Shown here in pieces: positions 33,951-46,217 of a stretch of 64,000 bases of DNA. This DNA comes from Vairimorpha necatrix. Taxonomy: Eukaryota. The stretch lies in NCBI GenBank assembly GCA_036630325.1, contig CP142735.1:868001-932000 (forward strand), in the 5' to 3' direction. Position 1 is the stretch's first letter, and each line of letters begins with the position of its first letter. A model generated the notes under the pieces. That model did not search any database. It had not been told where the DNA came from and worked only from the letters and a program-made list of their open reading frames with translations. A program made the position numbers and the translations under genes.

Positions 33951-35246
33951 GTTTATTTTAAGATATCTTAGGGGTAATAAAAATACAAATTTATAAATAT
34001 TCAACAATAATAAACAATTTTGAAGCTTTTACGACAATTTTATGATAAAAAGACGCAGAAGCAAACATTAATCAACTCAAATGGTTAAAAAATGTACGAT
34101 TTTTGATCAACGAAATTTGAATTTATTTCGTAAATGAAAATTTGGTATAAATCGATATATTTTATGTCATAAAATAAAGAGTTGCCTCTTAGTAGAACTT
34201 GCTGGTTCTATGATTAATAAAACAAAAAATACTAAAAAATCAAAATACTATTAGATTTATGTTTATATTGTTTAATTTTGATAATAGAAAGTTAGTATAA
34301 ACGAATACGAGTTCCAAAACAATATAGAATTAGCATAAAAAAATCATGCGGCCTTGAAAAAGCGTATGACAGTACAATCGAGATAATTAAGTGTGAAAAC
34401 AACAGGAGCTTTTATGGGACGTACCATTTTAGGCGATAATATCGGCTTTACCGGGTCAAGAGATCCACCTCAAAATTCGAATTTTATGACTTTTACAAAC
34501 AAATTTTTATACTAGTAGACGAGATTTACTCCTCAGACAGAAGGTAAAATTTAAAATAAAAACAAAATTAAACATTTTATAATACACTTTATTTTTTAGT
34601 AATCTGCTGCTCGAGAGCAGTCATACTTTACTTACGTTGCCATTGTTTTTACGCAATTTTCGTTAAGCTTATTAAGGTATCCACCACTGAGGAAAGTATG
34701 TAAAATGTTTTTAATGTAATTTTTACTTTTGCTTTCCATTACTCCGTCCCCAATTCGGGTAAAATAATTAAATAAATGTTGGAGGGGAAACAGGACGAAT
34801 TTGGAGGGAAAGATTTTAGAAATATTTTTTATGATATTTAGTATATCATACTTATTATTTCTCTTAGAGTGTAATATTTTTTTTCATAGAGAAAATTTTC
34901 AAATATTTTATATCAGTAGAAGAGATTCAACCATAGAAGAGATCCATGGCCTTTTCTATGGGGTGGATCTCTTAGCCCGGAAAACCAAGGAGCATTTTTT
35001 CGATATATTGCCTTTGAAAACAAAAAGTACTTTCTTATGTTGTATTTATTTATATTATTGGATTTTACTTTTTTCTTGTTCGAAATTTTGCACAAATTTT
35101 TTATTAATATATATATTCACATAACGAGGTTAAAGTATATTGTTTTTTTAAACGTATAATTAAAATCTTTTTTAAAATAAGATACAACCTTTTATCTGAA
35201 AATTTATTTGTTTTAATTGCAATTTCTACTAAAATACAAAAAAATA

Positions 35247-36241
35247 GGCTGGCTAAGTCCATTCTAGCACGCAAAATTCGATATAGGGGGTTTTGTGTTT
35301 TTTTGTCCCTTTTTTTAAAAAATGGAGGAGGGAAAATGTGGATGAAGGAACAAAAATTATCACAATAAATTTAATAATGCATCAAAAACAGAATTAGAAT
35401 TATTTATCTAGAGCAAATACCTAAATAAATAAAGTCTTGCACTATAACTGATCTATTTCTATTAGGTATGGAATTTTAAAGGGAACGCAAATTACCTTCT
35501 ATGGTGTTGGTATGAACTCCCTTATTTAGATCCCTGAAATACAATGAATGATTAGCCATATGAGTTTGGTTAAATATAGTACCCAAATAATTGTAGGCTC
35601 TCCACATATCGCTATATATAATGCTATATCCAATTACATATTTCACCAGAAGATCAGTAAGTGTTTCTTTATCCCTTTTTAATATGTAGCATTATGATTT
35701 TACGTTCTATGGTTCGTTAGACCATGCCAAAACACCAGAAGCCTTTCACTAATTTACCTCTATTGTATTTATTTTTTCCAATTTTTGATTCGTCGATTTC
35801 TACTATTATCCCTTGTCCACCCAGCATGTCAGAGAGATAAATATTTTTCGTAAATGCATATTTCCTTTAGTTTTTTCAATAATGAAGATATTGATTTTTT
35901 CGTACAACTTAAAATTTGACAAATATGCTTCCGAGAATAACCGATAACCCACATGTTAAGTATCTGTAAAAATGTTATATGTTTGAGTTTACAATTATCA
36001 AAGAACGTATCATGCCAAATGTTAATTGAATTTTTACAATCTTTCCAAGTACACTTTAAGATACTACTGTCTTTTCTATCTTTCTTTCCCCATTCCACCA
36101 TGATTTATATCACAAAATTTCTTTTGAAAAATCTTTATCTAATCATTATATATGATTTCTAATCTTCTCTCGTTAAAATTCTCTCCTCCATTTTTTAAAA
36201 AAACCTATAACGAATTTTGCGTGCTAAAGTGGACTTTAGCC
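35247..36241 (-). mobile_element. Merlin (IS1016/ISXO2-like) DNA transposon, degenerate
   Basis: Imperfect TIRs GGCTAA(A)GTCCA.T.TAGCACGCAAAATTCG.TATAGG at both ends. Minus-strand fragments GGQGIIVEIDESK, KYNRG, SDMWRAY, NHS, GVHTNTIEG with stops. Approximate 8-bp TSD (AAAAAATA/ATAAAATA). Confidence 0.88.
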
Positions 36242-36539
36242 ATAAAATAATATCTCGACACGGTTAATATTATAAAAAATTGAATCCCTAATGTGTATAC
36301 ACATGTTGTTTTTTCATAATTCTATGACACTTAAAATTAATTATGTTAATTTAAATTGTAATTTTAACCAATGTGTATATTACAATATTTTTCGTACGAT
36401 AATATATTTATTAAAATATTATAAAAACATTTTTATATATAAAAAATTGTGCAGATTTTTGATTAGATAATACTATTACTATGACGCATTATGTATAATT
36501 CAATAATCATTTATCAAAAAGCAAGTAAAATACATTAAA

Positions 36540-39500
36540 TGTTATAATCAGTAATAATATTAAACCCCAATTATGTTAAGCACTTATATGGGGGTGATAC
36601 CTAAAGAAGAGTTCACAAGAGAGGACTGTGGCCAAGTGGCCAGAAAGATGTTACAGGAGTTAGAGCGTATATTGTATGAATTGGATTTGAGAGATGTGGA
36701 TAGAGAGAAATGGAAGAGTGAGCTGTTCAAATTGGCTTCGATGGATTTAAAAGATTTTATTGTGAGAAATATCAAAAAGGAAGAAAATATTGAAGGAATA
36801 AGGAAGAAGCTATTGTTAAGGATTAAGGAAGTAGAGGAGGAAGAAAAGATATATGAGGAAATGAGAAAAATTATTTCTAGGACTATAAATGAAGAAATTA
36901 GTAGAGAACAACCAAGACAAAAATCGAGAGTACCGAGATGCTTCTATTGTGATAGACAAGGGCATAGGGTGTTTGAATGCAGACTGAAGATTAATAGAGA
37001 TAATTATTATAAAAAGAATAACAAGGATAACAGTTGCAAAATGGAAGTAGGTAGTGAATCAGAGTCAAGTCAGGAGCGAGATTTTAGAAGATCAAAAAGA
37101 GGACTTAGAGTCAAATTTGAGAAAAATCAAAAAGAATATGCCGTTAAAGAGGAGAGTAAGAGAATCAGATTAAATTTAGATAAGAATGCTAAGAGTTTTG
37201 GAGAGGTTTTTAAGTTAGGAAAAGAGGAGATAAAATATTGTAAACTGGAAAAATGTAAAATTAATACTGAAGCGGGTATGAAGGTATTTAAAAAGGGACA
37301 AATGGTTCCGCAGGCGTTGATAAAAGATACAGAGCTACATCTAGAAGATTTATTAAAAAGGAAAGTGATAAGAGAGTCAAATTCAAGTTGGAGGAATCCT
37401 ATAAGGTCAATCAGAAAGCCAAATGGTGAGATAAGACTGGTTAGTAATTTGATGGCATTGAACGATATTGTAGAAAAGGACGAGTATAGATTGTCTAACA
37501 TAAGAGATGTTGTAAGAGCTACACAAGGTGCAAAATATATGACGGGTTTCGACTTAAAAGAGGCCTTCTATAGTATTGAGATAGAGGAGGAGGATAAACA
37601 TAAGACGGCGTTTGATTTTAATGGCAAGGTTTATGAATGGAACTCTATGGTTATGGGATATAAGAATAGCCCGCAGATATTGCAGAGAATTATGGATAGG
37701 ATTTTTAGAGATATGAAAGGCAAAGGAGTAGAGGTGTATATGGACGATATTGTGTTGTACAGCCGAACGATAGGAGAACACGAGCAATTAGTGAAAAGGG
37801 TATTAAATAGACTGAAGGAAAACAATATGAAGCTGAATGCAAATAAAGTTCAGTTTTGTCAACGGGAAGTTAAATTATTGGGAGTCACTTTAAATGGAGA
37901 AGATATAATACCGTCAAGATAAAGAAAAATGAAGCCCTAGAGTTTCCGATACCAACATGCGTGTCAGATGTAAGAAGATTTTTAGGAATGACGGGTTGGT
38001 TCAGAGATTTTATTAAGAATTACGCTGGATTGACAGTTAGGTTGACAGATAGTTTAAAAGGGAAGAATGATAATTGGAAGTGGACGGATGATATGAAAAA
38101 CGAGTTTAATAATTTAAAAGAAGTATTGAAAGGCCTAGGAAAGCTGCAAATAGCAGACTATGATAAAGAATTTTTGTTGAGGACTGACGCTAGTAATGTA
38201 GGCATGGGCGCAGTACTGTTACAGAAAAATAATCAAGGAGAATGGGTGCCAGTACAGTGGGCGTCTAAGAAGTTTACCGTTACGGAAGTTAATTATGGTA
38301 TATCAGAAAAAGAAATGTACGCAGTTTTTTGGGGCGTTAAAAAGTTTGAATATGAATTAAGAGGTAGGAAATTTAGAATAGAAACTGATCATAAAGCGTT
38401 GGGCGAAATAAGAAACAAGCCCGACTTTAAGAATGCTAGAATTAATAGATGAGTCGAGAAGATTCAGGAATTTGATTTCGTGATAGAATATAGAACTCCA
38501 GAAAATATGGTCGTAGCCGATGCGCTAAGTAGGGTATATACAGAAGAAAAAGATGCAAAGAAAAAGAGAAATGAAATACGCCGTGATAGACAAAAAGAAG
38601 GGAAAAGAAATAAGCATGTAAAAATTGTAGAAGGTAAAGAATACTGGGTATTTGATAGTGGTAGAGAAGGCGAGATGCCTTTGGAACAAGACAGAGAGAG
38701 ATTAATAATGGATTGTCATGTCAATTTGAGCCACAGAAGCAGAACAACGGTATATTATGAGTTGAGGAAACAGTATTATTGGCCAGGAATTAAGGATCAG
38801 ATCGAAAAGGTCCTTAAGAATTGCGAGACTTGTCAGATTTTTAATAGAAAAACGAGTGGCGGTACTGATTTAGTGAACACGACAAGATATTTAGAGAAGG
38901 TTGGCTTAGATTTAATAGAATTTAGGGATGAGAAAGCGTTTATTGTTTTGGCAGTTGATTACTTTACAAGGAGATTATGGGGCAGAGTATTGAAGAGCAA
39001 GCACGCATCTGGAATTGCCGAATTTATCAAGGATTTGTGTAAACAGGGTAGAAAACCAGAGGAAATCATTACGGATAATGGTAAAGAGTTTTGCAACGAA
39101 AAAGTTACCGAGCTATGTAGAAATTTGGATATTAGTCATAGAAAGGTCAGCGTTGAGTCGCACAGAAGTAATGGAAGAGTAGAAAGAGTTATTAGAACTG
39201 TAAGAGATAGTATTTTAAAGAGCCAAAAAGAGGAATTCGAGAACAAGGTTTATGAAGCTATTGAGAAATATAATTTAAGTTTTCATGCTGGTATTAGGTG
39301 CACGCCAGTAGAAGCTTTAACCGATAATACAGGAAATGTTAGTATGGAGAATAGTCCAGAGGGAAAGTATGCGCAACAGTTCAAAAGTTGGTTTAGAGAA
39401 AAGTTCAAAAGGAACCAGATAGTTAGGGTTGCCAAGAATGAGAATTTAAAGGGATGTAGTAAGTATAGTAAGGGTCGATTTTTAGACATGGGAAGAGTGA

Positions 39501-39680
39501 TTGAGCTATGTCCAGGGGATTCATATATAGTGAGATTAGAGAATGGAAGGTTGGTGAAAAAAAGGCATTATGATCTTAAGGGTGTAGGGGATTTAAAGTA
39601 TGTTGAAGGAGACTAACCGTCTGGAGGGGGATGTTATAATCAGTAATAATATTAAACCCCAATTATGTTAAGCACTTATA
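36540..39680 (+). mobile_element. Ty3/gypsy LTR retrotransposon with 49-bp LTRs (TG...TA)
   Basis: Identical 49-bp repeats (36540-36588, 39632-39680); TSD TTAAA on both sides; PBS TGGGGGTGATACC from 36589; PPT GGAGGGGGA (39623-39631). Confidence 0.94.
36573..39616 (+). pseudogene. Gag-RT-RNase H-integrase polyprotein with one frameshift (~37917) and one nonsense codon (TGA 38450-38452); no visible protease
   Basis: CFYCDRQGHRVFEC, FDLKEAFY, YMDD, RTDAS, ETDH, H..SH...C..C, DLIE, TDNGKEF, SNGRVER. PSR* continues as IKKNEALEFP in the next frame, and RINR*VEK is at the conserved RW. Confidence 0.9.
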
Positions 39681-39691
39681 TTAAATTAATT

Positions 39692-40534
39692 TTATAAATT
39701 ATTTATTAAATTTTTTATATCCTCTAAATTTCTTAGATCCTCCATTTTTTCAAACATTATATTCATTTCATTTATACTTTCAAAATATATTTTGGTTTCC
39801 TCCGATAGTTGTTTTATTTGCTGTTGCATTTCAGTTATTATATTTTGAACAATAATAATTTTATTTTTATCAAAACATGAACACATGAGAATGTCATTTT
39901 TAATGTTCTGTAAAACTATATTCATTGGTATATCCTTCAAAATTTCGAAAATTTTTTCCGCCATTTTGTTATTGCTGTAAATATAGAATGTCATCCAATC
40001 TGCTTTAGTGATAGGTCGTGGATCAAATTTAATAAATGTAGTTAATACGTCAAATACAATTTCTAAATCTTCTTTATAATTGTTTAATTCATATTCAGTT
40101 AATTTCAAGTTTAACATATTTGTTTGTAATTTCTGATATGTATTTGTAAGTATGAAAATTATTTTTTCGTTCCATTTTCTTACTATATCACCAAGATCGC
40201 CATTTTGATATGTATGACACAAACTTTTTTCTAGACATAATTCATTGGTTGGGTAAAAAAATCCCCATCCCGCATTTGTATTTTCCATTATTGTAAAAAG
40301 CTTATCCTTCAAGTATTCAACAATATCCCCTTCAAAAGTGCAGTAATAGTCTTCAAATGCTTTATTAAAATAATCCAAGGGCAATGTGGTGCATTGTATT
40401 AATAGTGATTCATTTGGATATTTGGAATTTAAATATGGTAGAGGCATGGTTGAGTTGATAGCTTGTTCATTGGACTCTGCACAGACATTTTAATCTTCTT
40501 TTTGATTTAGTACAAACAAAAAATAAAAAAACAT
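39692..40534 (-). pseudogene. Lineage-specific gene with hydrophobic N-terminus and a premature TAA at codon 15
   Basis: CCCC-preceded ATG at 40534 gives MFFYFLFVLNQKED*, then continues in frame into the 251-aa ORF. Paralogue remnant at ~28 kb. Confidence 0.65.
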
Positions 40535-40788
40535 TAAAGGGGTAAATTTTTTTTATAGCAAATTCATAAATTTAATGTACAAATAAAAATTTAGAAAAGA
40601 TTAATCGACAATTTATATTTGCATTGTAAATGAATTATGTGATGGTTATTAATTAGCATTAAGTAAATATTGCAGTTGCTCGTGTTTCTTATGTTATTTG
40701 TAGGATTTACTTAAGTATCGAAGGATTACATAAACGAATAAGAGATTAAAGAGAGAATATTAAATGATTTGTGCTAGTACTTGGTTTG

Positions 40789-40827
<39 letters not shown>

Positions 40828-43479
40828 ATTTTTAATTCAATAGATATACCTTGACTTTTGTCAAACAAGAATTTTTCAACATCTCGAATTTAATTGATCT
40901 AACATAATAGGATTTTGTTGAAATAACATATACTGTGAGTCACGTACGTGTCACATAAAAAAATTTGACACATTTAAATATATGTTTATTTAGATATATT
41001 AACATTTCATAATTTTATTGTTACATGCTTGCAGTAAAGTTCGATTGTCATTAAAAAAATACAACGATAATCAATAAAAAACTTCATTAGTACTATCTAA
41101 AAAAATAAATGAATCCATAAAAAACTCTTTTACATTATGCAATGGTTCCAAATAACATTCCTAATAAATTTACAATGATTTTTTTTTTCAACAAAAATTG
41201 CATTTTTTTTTACGATTTAACAATCTTATATATAAGCTGACCTCTATGATTGAAAAAAGTACTTTTTTCAAGAAAATATTAGTTTAATAATACATAAAGT
41301 ATAGCCTTATCCTAAAGCGTATATTTAATCTCTTAATTTACTTTCAAAATTCTTTTTGGGTAGATAAATCTTCTCGTTAAAAAATGGAATTCATCTACTG
41401 TGTCAAATTAATACAAGGCTTTTTAATATTTGGCAGAGGCGATTCCATAAAATAGTAAATACAATCTTTATAAAATATCTTAAAATCGAACAAATAGTTT
41501 AATAAAGTAAAATGGCGATATGTAGTTTCAAAAATATGAAAAGCCGTTTTTTTGAGAATAAAAATTTGCTGGAAAATCCTTTAATCCATGTACCAAAACT
41601 ATGATATCCCTTTGAATAAACATCATTGAAATATTTTTTAAAATATTTTGGCTCTTATACTTTTTTCAAATTTCCATTTTAAATAAGAATTTCTGATGAA
41701 GAAGTTTGAAAATAAAAAACAATCTAATACTCTACGGGTAAAAATAAATGGTCTAAATAAACTTATCATTTGCATACTGTATTAAAAAAATAAACCGTGT
41801 TTTATACATATTAATGTGTTTTTTAATTATAAAAATGAGTTAAAGACTTTGTTTGTTCTTCTTGTTATTTTTTTTTGCAATTGGATCTTTAAAGCTCTAT
41901 ATTTTTATTAAATATTTTAATATGTTTAAAAAACATTTATGGGTTGTAAATTTCTACATGCTATTTTGCAGTTCTTTTACAAAAATAATATCAACTAGAC
42001 TTTCTTAACTTACAGGTTTTACAACCAAATAAGAACCTGTATATTTTATTTCTTAATTGTCTACCCTAAAATTTTTTTTTATCATAAATAATGTATTTTA
42101 TGTAAACTAAATGATAGTTTATGACCATTTATATGTTCATTTCTTGTACTAACAAATTATCTAAATCTTTTATTTGTTGGTCTTAATAAAAAACTTATAT
42201 AGTTCCAAAGGGAAGTTGTAAAGATGAAAATAAATGACTATAAATTATGTAGTTTGGAAGATGAAGTAAAAAAGGAGAACGCAAATGCAGTAAATTAACA
42301 AACAATATTAATAAATTTTTAATAAATGTAAAGAAGTTAAAAAAAGCAAACTGATGCAAGCTAACTACTAAAATAGAAATAAATCCAATAATGCCTAGAT
42401 TTTATCGTTTTCCGAGATTTTTATTTAATATGAACAAAAAATCTTTAAATCTACTCATATAATCAAATTTAACATAAATGCATTACTAGAATTTTTAAAC
42501 AAAAATGGGGGTTAAATCACTAATATAGCAAATAACTTTCATAACAATCACATAATATTTTTAAAAATTGAAATTTAAAACTGCTAATCAGATGCCAAAC
42601 CATCCTTAAATAATATAAAACGTTGTTATATCTATAGATGACCAATCAAAGTAAATTGTTAGTTGGTTGCTAATAATAAATTTTTATTATGAATAAAAAT
42701 AAAAAAATCATCATAAACTTTGAATTTATATATATTTTATGATCAATTAATCGATAGATAAAAATCTCAATCCCATCTTATACTGCGAATTTCTTAATGA
42801 TTCATAAATTTTTTTTTATTATGAATAATTTGTATTTAGTAAGATTAAATCGGCTATTTTTTTCAAATTTTATATACTTCTGCTTATTTTTATATTAAAA
42901 CGATTCAATTCTTCAATTTAATCATATTAATTATTTATTTAATAACATGTTTACATTGTATAAAATCTAATTTGATCAAAATAATAGGTTTTTGAATTAA
43001 TCATTATCAAATAGTGTCTAAATATTAATTTGTAATCAATATAAAATCATCATTAATGGTTAAAAAGAGTTGATTGTTTACAGAGAGACATTTGTGTAGC
43101 ATGCAATATGACTAGAATTTATTGGTAAAAAGACGCACTTATCCCAAAGATGCGGTCTGTTCACGTTGTCAAACTAAATGCTTTATTGTACTTACACAAG
43201 ATGTAGATTCATTAGTTTAATAAAGATTTATCTCACATATTTATAGATATAATTTAAGCTAGTGCAATTGTAGGAGAGTTAAGAATATTATATGGATAAA
43301 GTATACTATAGTCTACCATTGAGACTTGGTTTAAATAAAATCTCTTTTAGATTGTTTGGCATTTTATTTTTTTAGTATTTACTAATTACAAATGACATTC
43401 TCTTCCATCGATATCATCTACAAAGTACTGTGAGCTGACTCTCGTCGAAATTTCATCATTTCCGATCTGCATCATGCCA

Positions 43480-44030
43480 ATGTCAGTTGACACGCGAGTC
43501 TTTTAAAGTCGTTTCAATGACTGCTTTTTATATACTCTTCTATACAAGTTTAATATGCCTTTTACTATGTACGCGAATAAACTAGCTAAAATAAGTTTCA
43601 AGTCAACAGATAAAAATAGGTTTTGGCTTGTATTTATGAGTAGGTCATAGGATTATTTCTCGCTTTTACGTCTTTAGTGCATGCAAATTGTTGAATTTGT
43701 GATTTCTAACTCTAGAATATTGTATTTTCTTCGCACAATTTGCATGTTCGACCTATATTACTTTGTTTATATCCTTGATTGTGGCCACATTTTAAGTCGT
43801 GTTATAGCAGTTAATTTGCTATACATTTCTGGATAAATTATTTTCGAAGTCTTTATGAACAGTTAAACCAGAAGCGTATGCCGGTTCTAAATAAATGCAG
43901 CACAGCGCGACTTACATGACCCCGTGTAAGCATACAATCACATTGGCAGCCATACAATCGATTGTATTCGCGTGGAATAAAAGTGTAGTTATTTTTTGCC
44001 GGGGTTATTAGAAAAATATTCATTTCGTGG
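43480..44030 (-). mobile_element. Highly degenerate RLE-type non-LTR retrotransposon fragment (zinc-knuckle/endonuclease region)
   Basis: Fragments NTIDCMAA.CDCML (cf. TVDHLATxCxxML) and ILELEIT..NNLHALKT*K..YDLL resemble the copy at 59.8 kb. Confidence 0.5.
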
Positions 44031-45356
44031 AGTGCGCGTAGATTACTTTTCTTTTTATACATATGTTTGTTTTAAAGCTAGCTGTATAACAGTAAATATT
44101 TTGTCTATGGTATATATAGCTTTAAATGGTTAATTAACTATTACATGACTTTATGGCTGGATCGAGTAGCCGCCTATTGTTATCATAAGCGTGAATTTGT
44201 CTCAAAGTATTTAATTTCTCTCTTACATATGCTTTTATTATTGATAGATTGATGCAATTTAAAAGACAATTTCTTTGCGTTTTGAAACAATCACAAAGTA
44301 TTTATAAATCTGACATATAAAATAGCATTCCTTCACTTTTATGTTTTACACATAATAGCATATCTCGTATTCATCTGCGTAGCTAAAAATTTTAGTTAGT
44401 TGTTGGTTGTATTTATGTAAAATAACAAATGTTTTACTAACCAGAGTCAATGATGTACTTTATTATTTCTATTTCAAATCTTCTTATCTTTAGCTAATAT
44501 AATATTAGTAATAATTAGAGCTTAAACACATACAAGTATGTCGAATATAATAAAATTTAGTAAATGTGCTAAAAATAAAATTTTTTTTTTATAAAAACAC
44601 AGGAATAATAATTTTTTAAATTTTTACTGATCAAATTTTTAATAAATTAATTTTAATATGAAAATATTTCATTAACAAAAATATAAGATTTTTCTTTAAG
44701 AAATTTATATTATGATACAATCAAAAGAATTCCATAGATAAAAACAAAAGACTCAAAACTCCACAAATTAGATTCTGTAGGCCAAGTAGAAGATACCATA
44801 TAAAAATGAGAAACTGTCTTTACTAAGATTATTAGAATGTAGGTGCCCAAATTGAGCATTATTTTTTATATAAAAATGTTCTATAAAATAAATTTTGTTT
44901 TTTTAAATACATTTTATTAAGGGTTCTAAAATTACGAAAACCTACTTTCAAATTTATTATTTGTAAATTTCATAAATGCTATTTAAATTATAAATTTCTA
45001 ATTTTAAGAAAGTTTGTAGTTTCAAATAAGTCAAATGAATTATTTATTTATTAAATTGTTGAGTGTCTTGCGTTTTTTACTATAAAAACGTATTCGAAAT
45101 ATTTGACATGTTTTTTGATATTTTAAAAAGTTCCTTTTCTGAATTTATGCTAATTTGTATTATGACGTGTCACGTGTCTTTGTTCGTTATTTTACCAGAA
45201 TAAAGTATTATTATTTAATATTCTATAATAATTATAAATGTTCTATTTTAATAATGTTATAATTATAATATATTATTATGATAAGTCATTTTGCTGTTTT
45301 TATCTTTTTTTTTTTCGTTTTTTTTTCTTATAAAAATGTAGCCCAAGAAGGGGCTA

Positions 45357-46151
45357 ATGGAAAATGATGAATACACAGACACTCTCTTTAGAGCATATCT
45401 CAGTGATATTGCTGAAAGATATGAAGACATGGCTTCTGAAATGAAGTTGGCTGTTAAATTGGCACATGAGAAGAATATTATTCTTACACCTTCAGCCCGG
45501 AATTCGTTCAGCGTTGCCTTTAAGAATCTTGTCTCTACGAGAAGAAGCAGCTGGCGCATTTTGTGCTCTGAAAAGCAGAAGCAGTCCACGAAAGGAATGC
45601 AGAATCTTGAGCATGTAGAAGAAAAGGTCAAGATAGTAGAAGGGGAGTTATTAAGATATTGTGATGAAGTGCTTGATATGATAGATAATCATATTCTTAT
45701 ACAAGATATTAATAATAATCCAAGTTATAATGTGGAATATTCCATTTTCTTCCTTAAGATGAAAGGGGATTATTTCAGATATAAAGCCGAGGTATTAAAA
45801 GGAGAAGAAAGTAAATTAGTGGCCAAACTTGCCCATGATGCGTACAGTGAAGCCAGTGAACAGGCTTCTCCTTTGCCTACTACTAATCCTATTAAGTTAG
45901 GCTTAGCTCTTAATTATTCTGTGTTTTATTATGAAATATTAAATGACCCAAAAGAGGCCTGCGCGATAGCGAGAAGTGCTTTCAATAATGCGATTGAGAA
46001 TCTTGAAGGCTTAAGTGAAAATCACTACAGGGACTCGACTTTGATTATGCAACTTTTAAGGGACAATTTGACACTCTGGAATAGTCGAGAAGACAATCCG
46101 AATATTAATGATGAAGACAGGGAAATGAATCCTGAAGAAGAAGAGAATTAA
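45357..46151 (+). CDS. 14-3-3 protein
   Basis: AERYEDM, RNSFSVAFKN, RRSSWR, KMKGDYFRY, PIKLGLALNYSVFYYEI, DSTLIMQLLRDNLTLW. Confidence 0.97.
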   Translation: MENDEYTDTLFRAYLSDIAERYEDMASEMKLAVKLAHEKNIILTPSARNSFSVAFKNLVSTRRSSWRILCSEKQKQSTKGMQNLEHVEEKVKIVEGELLRYCDEVLDMIDNHILIQDINNNPSYNVEYSIFFLKMKGDYFRYKAEVLKGEESKLVAKLAHDAYSEASEQASPLPTTNPIKLGLALNYSVFYYEILNDPKEACAIARSAFNNAIENLEGLSENHYRDSTLIMQLLRDNLTLWNSREDNPNINDEDREMNPEEEEN

Positions 46152-46217
46152 TAAAGATTTATATTTAATAATATTTTAGAATATTGTGTTTACTTAATTT
46201 TATGCTTTTATTTTATA

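Larger units (their letters stand above)
30664..34006 (-). mobile_element. Ty3/gypsy LTR retrotransposon with 57-bp LTRs
   Basis: Identical 57-bp TG...CA repeats (30664-30720, 33950-34006); TSD ATAAT on both sides; PBS TGGTGGAGAATA (33949-33938); PPT AGAGGAGGGA (30730-30721); domain order gag-PR-RT-RH-IN. Confidence 0.95.

Noticed and set aside
34350-34440. LEKAYDS, resembling a non-LTR RT motif
   Set aside because: Isolated short match with no neighbouring RT motifs.
38450-38452. TGA as Trp (alternative genetic code)
   Set aside because: Host genes here use TGG for Trp and have no in-frame TGA; a TGG-to-TGA mutation in an already frameshifted copy is simpler.
45263-45631. 122-aa antisense ORF
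   Set aside because: Shadow of the 14-3-3 coding strand.
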